A stretch of 36,136 bases of DNA from a virus. Lineage: Duplodnaviria; Caudoviricetes. Positions within the stretch are counted from its first letter, which is position 1. Each line of letters begins with the position of its first letter. Below the pieces are notes generated by a model. The model did not search any database. It saw nothing but the letters and a program-made list of their open reading frames with translations, and had not been told where the DNA came from. Both the position numbers and the translations under genes were made by a program. The stretch lies in IMG/VR virus record IMGVR_UViG_3300011334_000166, positions 1-36,136 of that record; one strand, given 5' to 3'. Positions 16,332 to 24,588 of this stretch are shown one piece after another.

Positions 16332-16411
16332 AAGACATTTTTGTAGCCTTGATCATCGCGGCCGCGCTCACAGTGTGCGCGCTGGCTTATTTTGACGTTT
16401 TAATTAAATGA
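16328..16411 (+). CDS. 27-aa membrane peptide
   Basis: MKDIFVALIIAAALTVCALAYFDVLIK; GGGGA RBS, ATGA overlap. Confidence 0.6.
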   Translation: MKDIFVALIIAAALTVCALAYFDVLIK

Positions 16412-16422
16412 AGGACAACACC

Positions 16423-16710
16423 ATGCAAACGATTAAACTAGGAAAAACCCTATACATTACGAACCGCGCGGACATTTTCGCGCATCACGCAAAATGCACC
16501 GGTAAGCATAAGCCCATGAAATCGAAGGGGCACGTTAAGCGCTTTTACCCGCCCCATGGGGCCAGCATGAGCACCGCTGAATATGTGGTTGCTTATGAGA
16601 CCCTGAACAAGGGGCTAACCGCCTGGGACTGGCAGCCACTGAGCACCACGCCCACAGTGCCCGAAGGGGTCGATAGTGCATGGGAGGTCGATCATGACTC
16701 AGCCGTTTGA
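16423..16710 (+). CDS. Hypothetical protein (95 aa)
   Basis: MQTIKLGKTLY... with AAGGA RBS; ends AWEVDHDSAV. Confidence 0.7.
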   Translation: MQTIKLGKTLYITNRADIFAHHAKCTGKHKPMKSKGHVKRFYPPHGASMSTAEYVVAYETLNKGLTAWDWQPLSTTPTVPEGVDSAWEVDHDSAV

Positions 16711-16946
16711 AGTTGAATCAAGTGAAGGCATCAGATTAATAGTCGCGCTGTACGACAGTTGGTGCCATCAAACGCAAACCAAAACCTGGATGTATCGGGT
16801 GGAGGGGCGCGCGCCTTTGCGCGGTATTTGGGGCGCTGAAGATGGCCAAAACCCAACATTTGAGCAACTCAAGGCGCGCGCCCTTGAAGATGCGCGGCAA
16901 TGCTCTGTAGGCGAAATCTGCGAACTTGCATGGGAGGTCGACCATG
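16677..16946 (+). repeat. 20-bp direct repeat pair containing RBS and ATG
   Basis: TGCATGGGAGGTCGATCATG (16677-16696) and TGCATGGGAGGTCGACCATG (16927-16946), 19/20 identical. Confidence 0.9.
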
Positions 16947-16960
16947 CATCCGATCTTTGA
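16694..16960 (+). CDS. Hypothetical protein (88 aa) bracketed by the direct repeat
   Basis: MTQPFEVESSEG...; GGAGG RBS; ends AWEVDHASDL. Confidence 0.7.
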   Translation: MTQPFEVESSEGIRLIVALYDSWCHQTQTKTWMYRVEGRAPLRGIWGAEDGQNPTFEQLKARALEDARQCSVGEICELAWEVDHASDL

Positions 16961-17186
16961 GCGCGCCCTGGCGCCGTATGCGCCGCCCAAGGTGGCAGAC
17001 CTATGCACCGAACCGCGCACCATGGGGGAGCTCGAGCGCGCCGGCTACACACGCGATCAAGTCTATGGGGCGGTGAAACGTGGGGAGCTGGTGAACCTTA
17101 AACCGCGCCGGGTGCCGGGTTTGTTTCAAGTGCCTAAGACGCCCGCGCCTTATGACGCGGGCGAGCTGGTGCGCGCATGGCGTTGA
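16944..17186 (+). CDS. Hypothetical protein (80 aa), possible winged-helix-like
   Basis: MHPIFERALAPY...; GGAGG RBS. Confidence 0.65.
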   Translation: MHPIFERALAPYAPPKVADLCTEPRTMGELERAGYTRDQVYGAVKRGELVNLKPRRVPGLFQVPKTPAPYDAGELVRAWR

Positions 17187-17236
17187 TCTGCGCGGTTATC
17201 TTAGCCGCTATACTTGCCCTACTGTTAGACCTCTAG
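17177..17236 (+). CDS. 19-aa hydrophobic peptide
   Basis: MALICAVILAAILALLLDL; last ORF before the terminator. Confidence 0.4.
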   Translation: MALICAVILAAILALLLDL

Positions 17237-17253
17237 CAGTTGCCAACCCTCAC

Positions 17254-17279
17254 AAGCCCGCCTAGTGCGGGCTTTTTTT
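17254..17279 (+). terminator. Intrinsic terminator ending the early operon at the convergent junction
   Basis: AAGCCCGC-CTAGT-GCGGGCTT-TTTTT. Confidence 0.85.
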
Positions 17280-19554
17280 ATGCCGAAGGCTCGACCATGC
17301 GCCGAAGGTCAGAGCGCGAGTATTCGCTCAATTCAGGGGCGCAGAAAACGTGCTTTTTGGTATCATGGTCTCGCGATTTAATGCGGCCCATGTCGATCCA
17401 ACCGGCCTCTTTAAACGCGTGCAATAGCGCGGCCTGGACGACTTTGACGTTACCCGGGGCGATGCCCTGCAGCCGGTCACAAAGCCCATAAAACGGCCCA
17501 CCGCACACGCCCCGGGAGAATTCACCCGCGCGCCTGCGCATGAGGTCAACCAGGAACGATTCTGCGCCAGACATGCCATGCTCGACCATGATCGACTTGG
17601 CCTCAGTCATGGGGGGCGCTGCGTTCGGGTTCCACGCGGACACGTCCCGGGTGTGCAGATAATGGGCCACGGCCTCGAACCCGCCCCGGTGCTGATACCA
17701 ATTCCACAAGCTCACCGCCTGAGCTTCTGGGAGCTTGGGGGCATCGGCCCATAGGACAAACCAACGGCGGTCTTCGCTGGGGATCGAGATGGCCACGCGC
17801 TCGTTAGAAAACGCGATCACAAAGACCCGGTTCAGGGCCATGTAGGGGTGCAAGCCCTTGCGGTTAACCATGAGCAGCTCAGGGGGCGCGGCGATGATGG
17901 GCTTTAACGTGTTCTCCAGCGCTCGGCGGTCTTTGGCCTCGGCCTGCCTGAGCTCGGCGATCTCCATCACCTCGCACTCGAGCGCATAGCCCCATTGGGA
18001 GGTCAATTCCTCGTTCTTGACCAATGAGCAATTGTGCTTGGACGGCCCACCAATGGCCCAGAAGAAGGGGGCGAAAAGGGTATCTTTGCCGCTGCCATGG
18101 TTGCCACCCAGCAAAATCGCATGGTTGATCTTGTGCCCCGGGAATTGGACTTTGTGGGCCAGCGCGTTTAGCAGGTGCTCACGCTCAAAGCGCTCGGGCA
18201 CCATGCGCTCCACGTGCGCCAGCCACAGGGCCGGGTCACCGGCCACCGGCTGTGGGCGCGCGTCACGCCATCGGTTGCCGTACACCTGACCCTCTCTGGC
18301 GACCAAGACGGACGCGCCTGCAGCGTAAGTGATGCCGACCAGGGACTTGGCGCCCTTGCCTTGGCGGTTCTCATCAAAGGACGTTGCGGCCTCGATGCGG
18401 CGCTTGGCGTTATGGATCGACTTGCAGTCGATGTGCCGGTACAGGGCGTTGAAAGTGTTGCGCGAGACTTCGCGGCGGTCGGTCATGTCGAAAAAGGCGT
18501 CATCAGTCTGGACGTAGGCGAAGCGCTCGTACCATTCGTTCTTTTCAACTCGGCCTAGTTCCTTGCGCTCCACCTCGGCGATGACGCGGGCGGCCTCATC
18601 GGGGTAATCGGCGGTGGGGGTCAGCTTGGCGCGCACCGACTCCATGGCCTGGGTAAGCAGTTCCTCACGCAAGCCGGGGGTGTGGGCGGGGCCACCTTGG
18701 TCGGCCACCCATGTCAAAAAGGCGCGGGAATCGAAGTCAACGCAATGCGAGTGCAGGCAACAATACGCCCGGTTGGCGGGCATGTAGCGCCCCTCTGGGT
18801 TGCCGTCTGTGTGCTCCGCACCATTGGGGCAGATGACGCCTGCCCAACCTTCGTTGTTGGGTTTGGACAGTAGCAGACCCTGACCACTGAGCCACGCCAT
18901 CACGTCATCCGCGCCATCATCAGAGATGCGGATCGGGCGCAGGGTAAGCGAGTCGGGTTCCACTGGTGTGACACCCAAGGCGGTGCAAATGTCACCTAGT
19001 GAGTATTCACGCTCTGGATTAAAAGTCACCAGGCGGGCGGCGAAGTTGTCGCGACCGGGCTTCAGGTTGATCGACCCAGGCAAGCGAAAGTTGCGCACCG
19101 GGTTGCAGGCACCGGGGTCGGTGTAACCCGCCTCGGCGATGGCTTTGATGGCCGCGCTGAACTCGGCCTTGGTCGGCTGGTCGCTGAAGGCGTAGCCCCA
19201 CTGGAATGAGCCGGGCGATGTCTCCATGATCCAAGTCGGGTCAAGCGGCGGGGTCTTGGACTTGGTGCAGATGTCGTCCAGCAGCATCACAAGGAGGTAC
19301 TCACAATTGGCAGCGGACGCTGACACGCGGCCCTCGGCGAATCGGTCGATGATGAAGCTGGCCGTGTTGCCGTACCAGGCTTGATCTGCCTTGATGCGCT
19401 TGGGGTCGGGCAGGAATGCCGGCCATGTGCATTTGACGGCCCCATCGGCGTGCATTTGAATGTCGCCTTCTGAGGTCAACTGTGGTTTTTGCCTGACAAT
19501 CAGCGCTGTCTCGCCACTTGGGGCTAATTTAGTAATAAAATCCAGAAATTCCAA
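17278..19554 (-). CDS. Primase-helicase (RepB-like primase, Zn finger, D5/SF3-like helicase)
   Basis: 758 aa, TTG start with AAAGGAG; LDD and WIMETSPGSFQWGY primase motifs, CPN..EH...CLHSHC, Walker A GNHGSGKD, DRRWFV. Confidence 0.88.
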   Translation of the reverse strand: MEFLDFITKLAPSGETALIVRQKPQLTSEGDIQMHADGAVKCTWPAFLPDPKRIKADQAWYGNTASFIIDRFAEGRVSASAANCEYLLVMLLDDICTKSKTPPLDPTWIMETSPGSFQWGYAFSDQPTKAEFSAAIKAIAEAGYTDPGACNPVRNFRLPGSINLKPGRDNFAARLVTFNPEREYSLGDICTALGVTPVEPDSLTLRPIRISDDGADDVMAWLSGQGLLLSKPNNEGWAGVICPNGAEHTDGNPEGRYMPANRAYCCLHSHCVDFDSRAFLTWVADQGGPAHTPGLREELLTQAMESVRAKLTPTADYPDEAARVIAEVERKELGRVEKNEWYERFAYVQTDDAFFDMTDRREVSRNTFNALYRHIDCKSIHNAKRRIEAATSFDENRQGKGAKSLVGITYAAGASVLVAREGQVYGNRWRDARPQPVAGDPALWLAHVERMVPERFEREHLLNALAHKVQFPGHKINHAILLGGNHGSGKDTLFAPFFWAIGGPSKHNCSLVKNEELTSQWGYALECEVMEIAELRQAEAKDRRALENTLKPIIAAPPELLMVNRKGLHPYMALNRVFVIAFSNERVAISIPSEDRRWFVLWADAPKLPEAQAVSLWNWYQHRGGFEAVAHYLHTRDVSAWNPNAAPPMTEAKSIMVEHGMSGAESFLVDLMRRRAGEFSRGVCGGPFYGLCDRLQGIAPGNVKVVQAALLHAFKEAGWIDMGRIKSRDHDTKKHVFCAPELSEYSRSDLRRMVEPSA

Positions 19555-19568
19555 AATGTGTCTCCTTT

Positions 19569-19595
19569 AAAGGCCCGCCTGCAAGCGGGCTTTTT
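19569..19595. terminator. Hairpin between polymerase and primase genes
   Basis: GCCCGC-CTGCAA-GCGGGC with TTTTT on + and CTTT on -. Confidence 0.6.
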
Positions 19596-21519
19596 ACTTG
19601 CCGTATACCGACATGATCGCCACCTCTGCGTCAAGGGGCAAGCCCTTGGCCCACTCGGGCGGCGTACACATCACCTCTTTCAATCGCGCGGCCATCTCCT
19701 CTGGCCGATCGGTTTCCAACACCACCTCATCATGCACATGGAGCACCACATCATCAAGCTGGCGCAGGGTATGGCGTAGCAAATCGTTGGCCGTTGCCTG
19801 CGTGATATTCTCACACGCTAGACCCTTCCAAAGGCGGGCTCGCGGCCATTCTTTTGCGTCTGCTGCTGGTTTCCAAGCGGCCTTGGCGTAGGTCACACCA
19901 TCGGCGTCTAGCTTGGCAAACGGGTAGCACAGCACCCGCGCGGAGGGCAGAGCGTACCAGAGATGCTGGCCATCGAACATATAGGTGACCCGCCCCGCGC
20001 TGAACTCATGGCCCTTGTTTCGCATCGCCCTGGTGTAGGCTTCTTCAAGGTTCTGCCAGTAGGGCACAGACCAAGGGTTGGCCCTGCGCCATGCGTCTAC
20101 CATGCGCTTGGACTCAAACTCGGTGAGTTGCACGCCATAGGCGCGGCCCATGGCCGCAAAGGCACCCACGCCACCGGCAAAGCCGCAGGCCAACTCTTGC
20201 ACCTTGCCGATCTGGCGCTGGTTTTTGGTCACTTCATCGACCCTCACCCCGAACGTCGCAGCGGCGTTGACCTTGTACACGTCCTCGCCCTTAGCAAAGA
20301 TGGCCAGCTTGTCGTCCCCACGGCCTGAGAGCCATGGGTTGGCGCGGGCCTCGATGGCGGCCCAATCAGCCACGACCACGGACTTACCCTTAGCGGGGAT
20401 CAGTGCGGGCCTGAGCATCCCTTTGAGGACCTCAGTAACGCGCTTTCCAAATCTAGGAACAATTGAATGGCCTCTGACCATTGCAGTTCTAACGTCTTCG
20501 GGCGATTCGGCGCACTTGCGAGTGAAATTGTGAACCTGGGCTCCATAGCTTGAAGCTCGGCCTGTGGCGCTGCCGCCTGCGAATACAAACGCGCCTCGAA
20601 CTCGGTTGTCCTCGACGTCTGCCAGGCTTGCAAGGCGGCTGAACTTCGCAACCGACGACGCCCAGAGGTCGTCTGCGCATTGAATGACTTCTTGAACATC
20701 TGGTGGGACATCCTCACAGTTTAATAAATTGGCCCGCACAGTCTTGTCGATGCTGTACTTCATCTCGCCGTCTTTGTAGGTCTCCATGAGCTTGAGGGCT
20801 TGCGGGCCCACGCGCTCAATCACCCACTGGCGCATCTTGGGGGAGCGCACGCTGGTGATGGCGCCTTCGGTGACCTCGGCCACGATCTGCTCGATCTCGA
20901 CCAACTCATCGCTGGCGTATTTGATGGCCGCCTTGCACAGGGGCACATCGACCAAGACGCCCCGGTCGTTGATGCGCTCGTTGACGTGGTAGTCAAGCAG
21001 CTCTTCCTCTGACAATGGCCTGAGCGCCTTGCTGATCGAGCGCATGGCGCGCACGTCTTGCTCGCAATAGGCCACCATCTCGGCCATCAGGGCCGGGTCT
21101 TGCCTAAAGGTGCCATCGGCCTGCGGAATTGAAAGCAAGCGGATCAACTGCGAGCCGCGATGGTCTTTCTTCATGGACGCGCCGGCGAAGCGCCCCACGT
21201 CTTCAAGGCTACCCGGCGCACAGTTGGCGCGGGCTTGGGTGGCGGTGCAGTAGAACTGTGTTAGATCAAAATCGACCTGCAACACGTACCAAAAAATCAG
21301 GCGCTCAAAAGCGGCATTGTGGGCGTAGATCAAGCCCTTATGGTTGCGCACGCGCTCGGGGAATGGTTGGTCGGGCAGCCACGTCTGCACCTCATCATCA
21401 TCAAAAGCCCACGACATGCACAGCACGTCGGTCGATGGGTCTTGAGCGTAGTTGTAAACGCCTGCGGCTTTTAGGTCGCAGCGTGATCTACTTTCAAAGT
21501 CAATCCACAAAGCAGTCAT
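19594..21519 (-). CDS. DNA polymerase, family A, with 3'-5' exonuclease
   Basis: 641 aa; ExoI IDFES, ExoII AHNAAFER, ExoIII YCEQDV, motif A DWAAIEAR, motif B RQIGKVQELACGF, motif C HVHDE. Confidence 0.95.
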   Translation of the reverse strand: MTALWIDFESRSRCDLKAAGVYNYAQDPSTDVLCMSWAFDDDEVQTWLPDQPFPERVRNHKGLIYAHNAAFERLIFWYVLQVDFDLTQFYCTATQARANCAPGSLEDVGRFAGASMKKDHRGSQLIRLLSIPQADGTFRQDPALMAEMVAYCEQDVRAMRSISKALRPLSEEELLDYHVNERINDRGVLVDVPLCKAAIKYASDELVEIEQIVAEVTEGAITSVRSPKMRQWVIERVGPQALKLMETYKDGEMKYSIDKTVRANLLNCEDVPPDVQEVIQCADDLWASSVAKFSRLASLADVEDNRVRGAFVFAGGSATGRASSYGAQVHNFTRKCAESPEDVRTAMVRGHSIVPRFGKRVTEVLKGMLRPALIPAKGKSVVVADWAAIEARANPWLSGRGDDKLAIFAKGEDVYKVNAAATFGVRVDEVTKNQRQIGKVQELACGFAGGVGAFAAMGRAYGVQLTEFESKRMVDAWRRANPWSVPYWQNLEEAYTRAMRNKGHEFSAGRVTYMFDGQHLWYALPSARVLCYPFAKLDADGVTYAKAAWKPAADAKEWPRARLWKGLACENITQATANDLLRHTLRQLDDVVLHVHDEVVLETDRPEEMAARLKEVMCTPPEWAKGLPLDAEVAIMSVYGK

Positions 21520-21976
21520 AGTGTCTCCGCACTTTTATGGCGCTTATTGTTGTTTCATGTACGCCGTATTCAGCCGCTAATTGCCTTCCAATACCACGAC
21601 CCTCAGATTTAATTCGGCTACGAATATCCTTCACTTGTGCTTCAGTCAGCTTACCTCTATGCTGGTGTAATACTGCGTCTATGTTGTTTTCACTGCGCGT
21701 GCCCCACCGCAAATTAGCTAACCGGTTATCGTTTGGAATCCCGTTTATGTGCAAGCACTCATGCTTATCGGGGGCAGCCCCAACAAAGGTCAACAGCACT
21801 AGCTTGTGAACGCATTGACTATTTCCGCGCCCCAAAGCCACGCTCAAATGGCCCCCAGGCATACGACCTGGGCGCAAAATGCGGCCTTGTGGGTCTCGTT
21901 GAAACGAACGAACACGCCCTTGATCGCTGACTTCGTATTTGCCTTCATACTCAGGCACAAGTTTCCAGACTTCCAT
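21500..21976 (-). mobile_element. Free-standing NUMOD4-HNH homing endonuclease with C-terminal HTH
   Basis: 158 aa from ATG 21976; EVWKLVPEYEGKYEVSDQGRVRS (NUMOD4), VHKLV...HINGIPNDNRLANLRWGTRSEN (HNH), LAAEYGVHETTISAIK. Confidence 0.9.
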
Positions 21977-21985
21977 AAGTGTCTC

Positions 21986-22025
21986 CTTTTCCAATGCCCA
22001 CTGTCACCAACGGGCATCAGAAAAG
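21986..22025 (-). promoter_or_regulatory. 18-bp hairpin with GUGA tetraloop overlapping the HNH RBS
   Basis: CTTTTCTGATGCCCGTTG-GTGA-CAGTGGGCATTGGAAAAG then GAGACACTTATG. Confidence 0.7.
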
Positions 22026-22029
22026 TCAC

Positions 22030-22671
22030 TTAGGCAGACCGACGACGACGGCCTGCGGGTGCAGGCGCGGGTGCTTCCTCAACCTTTGCAGGCTCAGGCT
22101 CACCGTCCATGCTGACCCACTCTTGCACCTCAAACACAGGCGTGTAGATTTTGCCGTAGCTCTTGTGGGCGTAGTGATCCTTTTTGAGGCGCACGATTGC
22201 CACGGGCTTCGCTTGGTCTTTTTCGACTTGCTCTGCCAACGCTACAGCCAAGGTCTGCACAGCGCGTTTGCCGCCCACTGACGTGGTGGTGTACCGCGCT
22301 TCCATGCCCTTGTCTTCGCCGCTGATGCACTTGAGGCTCATGCCCACTTGTGTCTCCCAGCCTTTTTTGGCGCCGGGGGGCGCTTCATCAAGCTCAGGCA
22401 ACGGTTGGGACACCGACGCCATTTTCTCGGCCAGCACTTCGCCATCGCCCCAGGCGATGAAGCCGTGGACAAAGCTGAAAGGGTTGATGGCCCAGGTGGA
22501 GTCGTCTTCCACTTCGGTCTGATCGGCACCAAAGACCCAGTGGCCAGTTTTATCCATTTTGAGGATGACTGTGCCGGCTGGGCCAACGTCTGCTTGGATC
22601 GCGCGCAAAGCGGTTGAGAGGGTGGAGACTGCGGGCAAGCCCGCTTGAGAGAACGCTACTAAATTTGACAT
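22030..22671 (-). CDS. Putative ssDNA-binding protein
   Basis: 213 aa, aromatic-rich (YAHKSYGKIYTPVF), located between Cas4-like nuclease and polymerase where SSB normally sits. Confidence 0.6.
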   Translation of the reverse strand: MSNLVAFSQAGLPAVSTLSTALRAIQADVGPAGTVILKMDKTGHWVFGADQTEVEDDSTWAINPFSFVHGFIAWGDGEVLAEKMASVSQPLPELDEAPPGAKKGWETQVGMSLKCISGEDKGMEARYTTTSVGGKRAVQTLAVALAEQVEKDQAKPVAIVRLKKDHYAHKSYGKIYTPVFEVQEWVSMDGEPEPAKVEEAPAPAPAGRRRRSA

Positions 22672-22679
22672 GATAGTCC

Positions 22680-23807
22680 TTATTGAAGTTTAGAAAGGGC
22701 AGCAGTGAGTTGCTTCCCGATTTGAATCACCGCCGGCCTGGGATCACTCTCAGACGCGATGGTGTTACCCGAACTGACGGCGACGACCAGATCATCGGGC
22801 AAGGCTTGCTTGCGCTTTTTGAGCGCTTTTTCAGCCTTGGCCGGTGAAATGATAGAAGTCTCCATCACCTCAGATTCTGTAAGACCGAACGCAAACAGGG
22901 CGACTTTGGCCTTGTCTTCGTCAGTCCACTGTCTGATGGCACGCTTGGCCACCAACTTGTAGTCGGGCAGTTTAGCACCGCTGTCCAGCATCTGAAGCGC
23001 CAGCGCGCGCAGGTCAGTGATCCACTGCTCCAGCATATCGGCGTTTTTTAGATACGCGCTGATCTGAGGCGCGTCCAAGGCGTCGATGGACGTCTTCAAG
23101 GCCCGGTCAACAGCGCCGGTCATCTGTGGGCAGATGGGCTTGGCTGCGCACCAGCGGCAGTGGTCGCCAGTCTTGAGCTCGGCGTCTGGCTTTTGCGCCA
23201 GCTTGACCGCTTGCACCAACTGCAATTCAAACTCAGCAATGCGCTTTGGCGTGGTTACCCAGCGCTTGACCTGGGGCGGCTGCACGATCACGCATTCGAT
23301 CTCATCGACACCATCAAACGCCCACTTGGCGGCTTCAGTGCGCATGGACGCAGCGGCGTAGAACATGAGCTGCGGGTTCTCTTCTACTTCCACAGCAACA
23401 TTATCACCAAACTTCCAATCAAGAACAATTGCGCGGTTTCCGATACGCCCAATGAGGTCGGTAGACCCAAACACACCAGGCAGTAGATCGCCAAAGCCAA
23501 CGCGAGTTTCAGCTTCAATTTCCATCTCCTTGGTTGGGTCGATCTCATCAAGCGCGGCCATAGCCACTTTGAGTTTATTGTCAATCAACTCTTGGGTCAG
23601 CACTTGGTCTTCGTACTTGGTGCCCAGGTAATGCTCGGGCGGGTTGTCGGTCATCACAATGTCGGCGATGACGTTGTGCAACAGCGTGCCCTCATCGGCG
23701 TATTTGTTGCTGGGCTGGGGCGGCATCTTTTGCACCAAGGCCACTGAGCCTGGGCAGTTGATGACGCGCTTGGCGGTCGAGCCGCCGACAATGTTACTGT
23801 GCTGCAT
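22680..23807 (-). CDS. Cas4-like PD-(D/E)xK exonuclease (DUF2800-like)
   Basis: 375 aa; CPGS, GTLLH, GSTD, LDWKFG, QLMFYA, HCRWCAAKPIC (split Fe-S cysteines). Confidence 0.88.
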   Translation of the reverse strand: MQHSNIVGGSTAKRVINCPGSVALVQKMPPQPSNKYADEGTLLHNVIADIVMTDNPPEHYLGTKYEDQVLTQELIDNKLKVAMAALDEIDPTKEMEIEAETRVGFGDLLPGVFGSTDLIGRIGNRAIVLDWKFGDNVAVEVEENPQLMFYAAASMRTEAAKWAFDGVDEIECVIVQPPQVKRWVTTPKRIAEFELQLVQAVKLAQKPDAELKTGDHCRWCAAKPICPQMTGAVDRALKTSIDALDAPQISAYLKNADMLEQWITDLRALALQMLDSGAKLPDYKLVAKRAIRQWTDEDKAKVALFAFGLTESEVMETSIISPAKAEKALKKRKQALPDDLVVAVSSGNTIASESDPRPAVIQIGKQLTAALSKLQ

Positions 23808-23952
23808 CTGCTGTTTCCTCTTTGGTGAATTTGATTTCGCCGCTGTAGCTGTAGGTTTTGATTTCTACTGCATTGAAGGCATCTGGGAATCTGGCTTGCG
23901 CCCATTCCAAGAGAATTTTCTCTGCTTCGGTGGTGGTGATTTTCAGTTCCAT
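23794..23952 (-). CDS. 52-aa hypothetical protein
   Basis: Hand-translated MELKITTTEAEKILLEWAQARFPDAFNAVEIKTYSYSGEIKFTKEETADAAQ; fills the gap and overlaps the nuclease start. Confidence 0.7.
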   Translation of the reverse strand: MELKITTTEAEKILLEWAQARFPDAFNAVEIKTYSYSGEIKFTKEETADAAQ

Positions 23953-23954
23953 GA

Positions 23955-24248
23955 TTAAAACGCCTTGAATTTACGATACCCGCCCATGAGCGAGAACATG
24001 TTGATGGGATAGCGACGCTTGCCTTGGCGCTCCCAGACGATGACGATTGTTTCAGCGTCGTACTTCCAGCAACCTTCTTCAGTCAGCCCGTCACGGGTGT
24101 AGAAGTAAGCGCGGGACTGTGCTTTGTCAGCCTCGCAGGCATCGGTCATTATGGTGATCTTGCCGCCCGCTTGGTTGTCGGTTTCGGCGAAGTTGTCGGC
24201 GTGCGCTACAGAAGCAGCGGCCAACAAAGTTAGGAGGAGATGTTTCAT
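23955..24248 (-). CDS. Small exported protein with Sec signal peptide
   Basis: 97 aa from MKHLLLTLLAAASVAHA-DN (AHA cleavage site), two Cys; AAAGGA RBS. Confidence 0.75.
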   Translation of the reverse strand: MKHLLLTLLAAASVAHADNFAETDNQAGGKITIMTDACEADKAQSRAYFYTRDGLTEEGCWKYDAETIVIVWERQGKRRYPINMFSLMGGYRKFKAF

Positions 24249-24281
24249 CGAAGTGTCCTTTAGTTGAGTTGATGAGCCTTG

Positions 24282-24314
24282 ACTGTAGCACAGAAAATAA
24301 AAGTGTGCTAAACT
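24282..24314. promoter_or_regulatory. Symmetric divergent promoter pair
   Basis: TGTGC-TAAACT on + (24304-24314) and TGTGC-TACAGT on - (24292-24282); TAGCACA-N11-TGTGCTA inverted repeat. Confidence 0.7.
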
Positions 24315-24321
24315 TTTTGAC

Positions 24322-24588
24322 ATGAAAGAATCAGAAGTCGAAAAATATTTTGTCTGGACTGTGGAGCGCAGGGGCGGCAAGACGTGGAAGTTCACCTCGC
24401 CTGGGCGCAAAGGTGTGGCTGACCGGATCGCTTGTTTGCCTGATGGCACTACCTGGTTCGTGGAGTTGAAAACAAAAGGCGGCAGACTGTCGCCCTTGCA
24501 GAAAATTTTCATGTCGGACATGGCCCTGTTGAACCAGCGCTATGAGTGGTGATGGACTAAGGAGCAGATTGATGGATGGATTAGTTAA
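24322..24588 (+). CDS. VRR-NUC nuclease with in-frame TGA at 24550-24552
   Basis: MKESEVEK...GVADR...FVELK..GGRLSPLQ; after the TGA the frame continues WTKEQIDGWIS-stop, resembling the normal family C-terminus. Confidence 0.8.

Noticed and set aside
21500-22025. Group I intron or intein carrying the HNH
   Set aside because: SSB-like and polymerase genes are each intact; there is no room for a ribozyme core
22680-23807. Cas4-like gene as evidence of a CRISPR-Cas system
   Set aside because: No cas1/cas2 or array; stand-alone Cas4-like nucleases are normal in this replication module
24249-24521. N-terminal 91 aa of the 188-aa ORF 23955-24521
   Set aside because: Overlaps VRR-NUC antisense and the promoter; the RBS and signal peptide support a start at 24248
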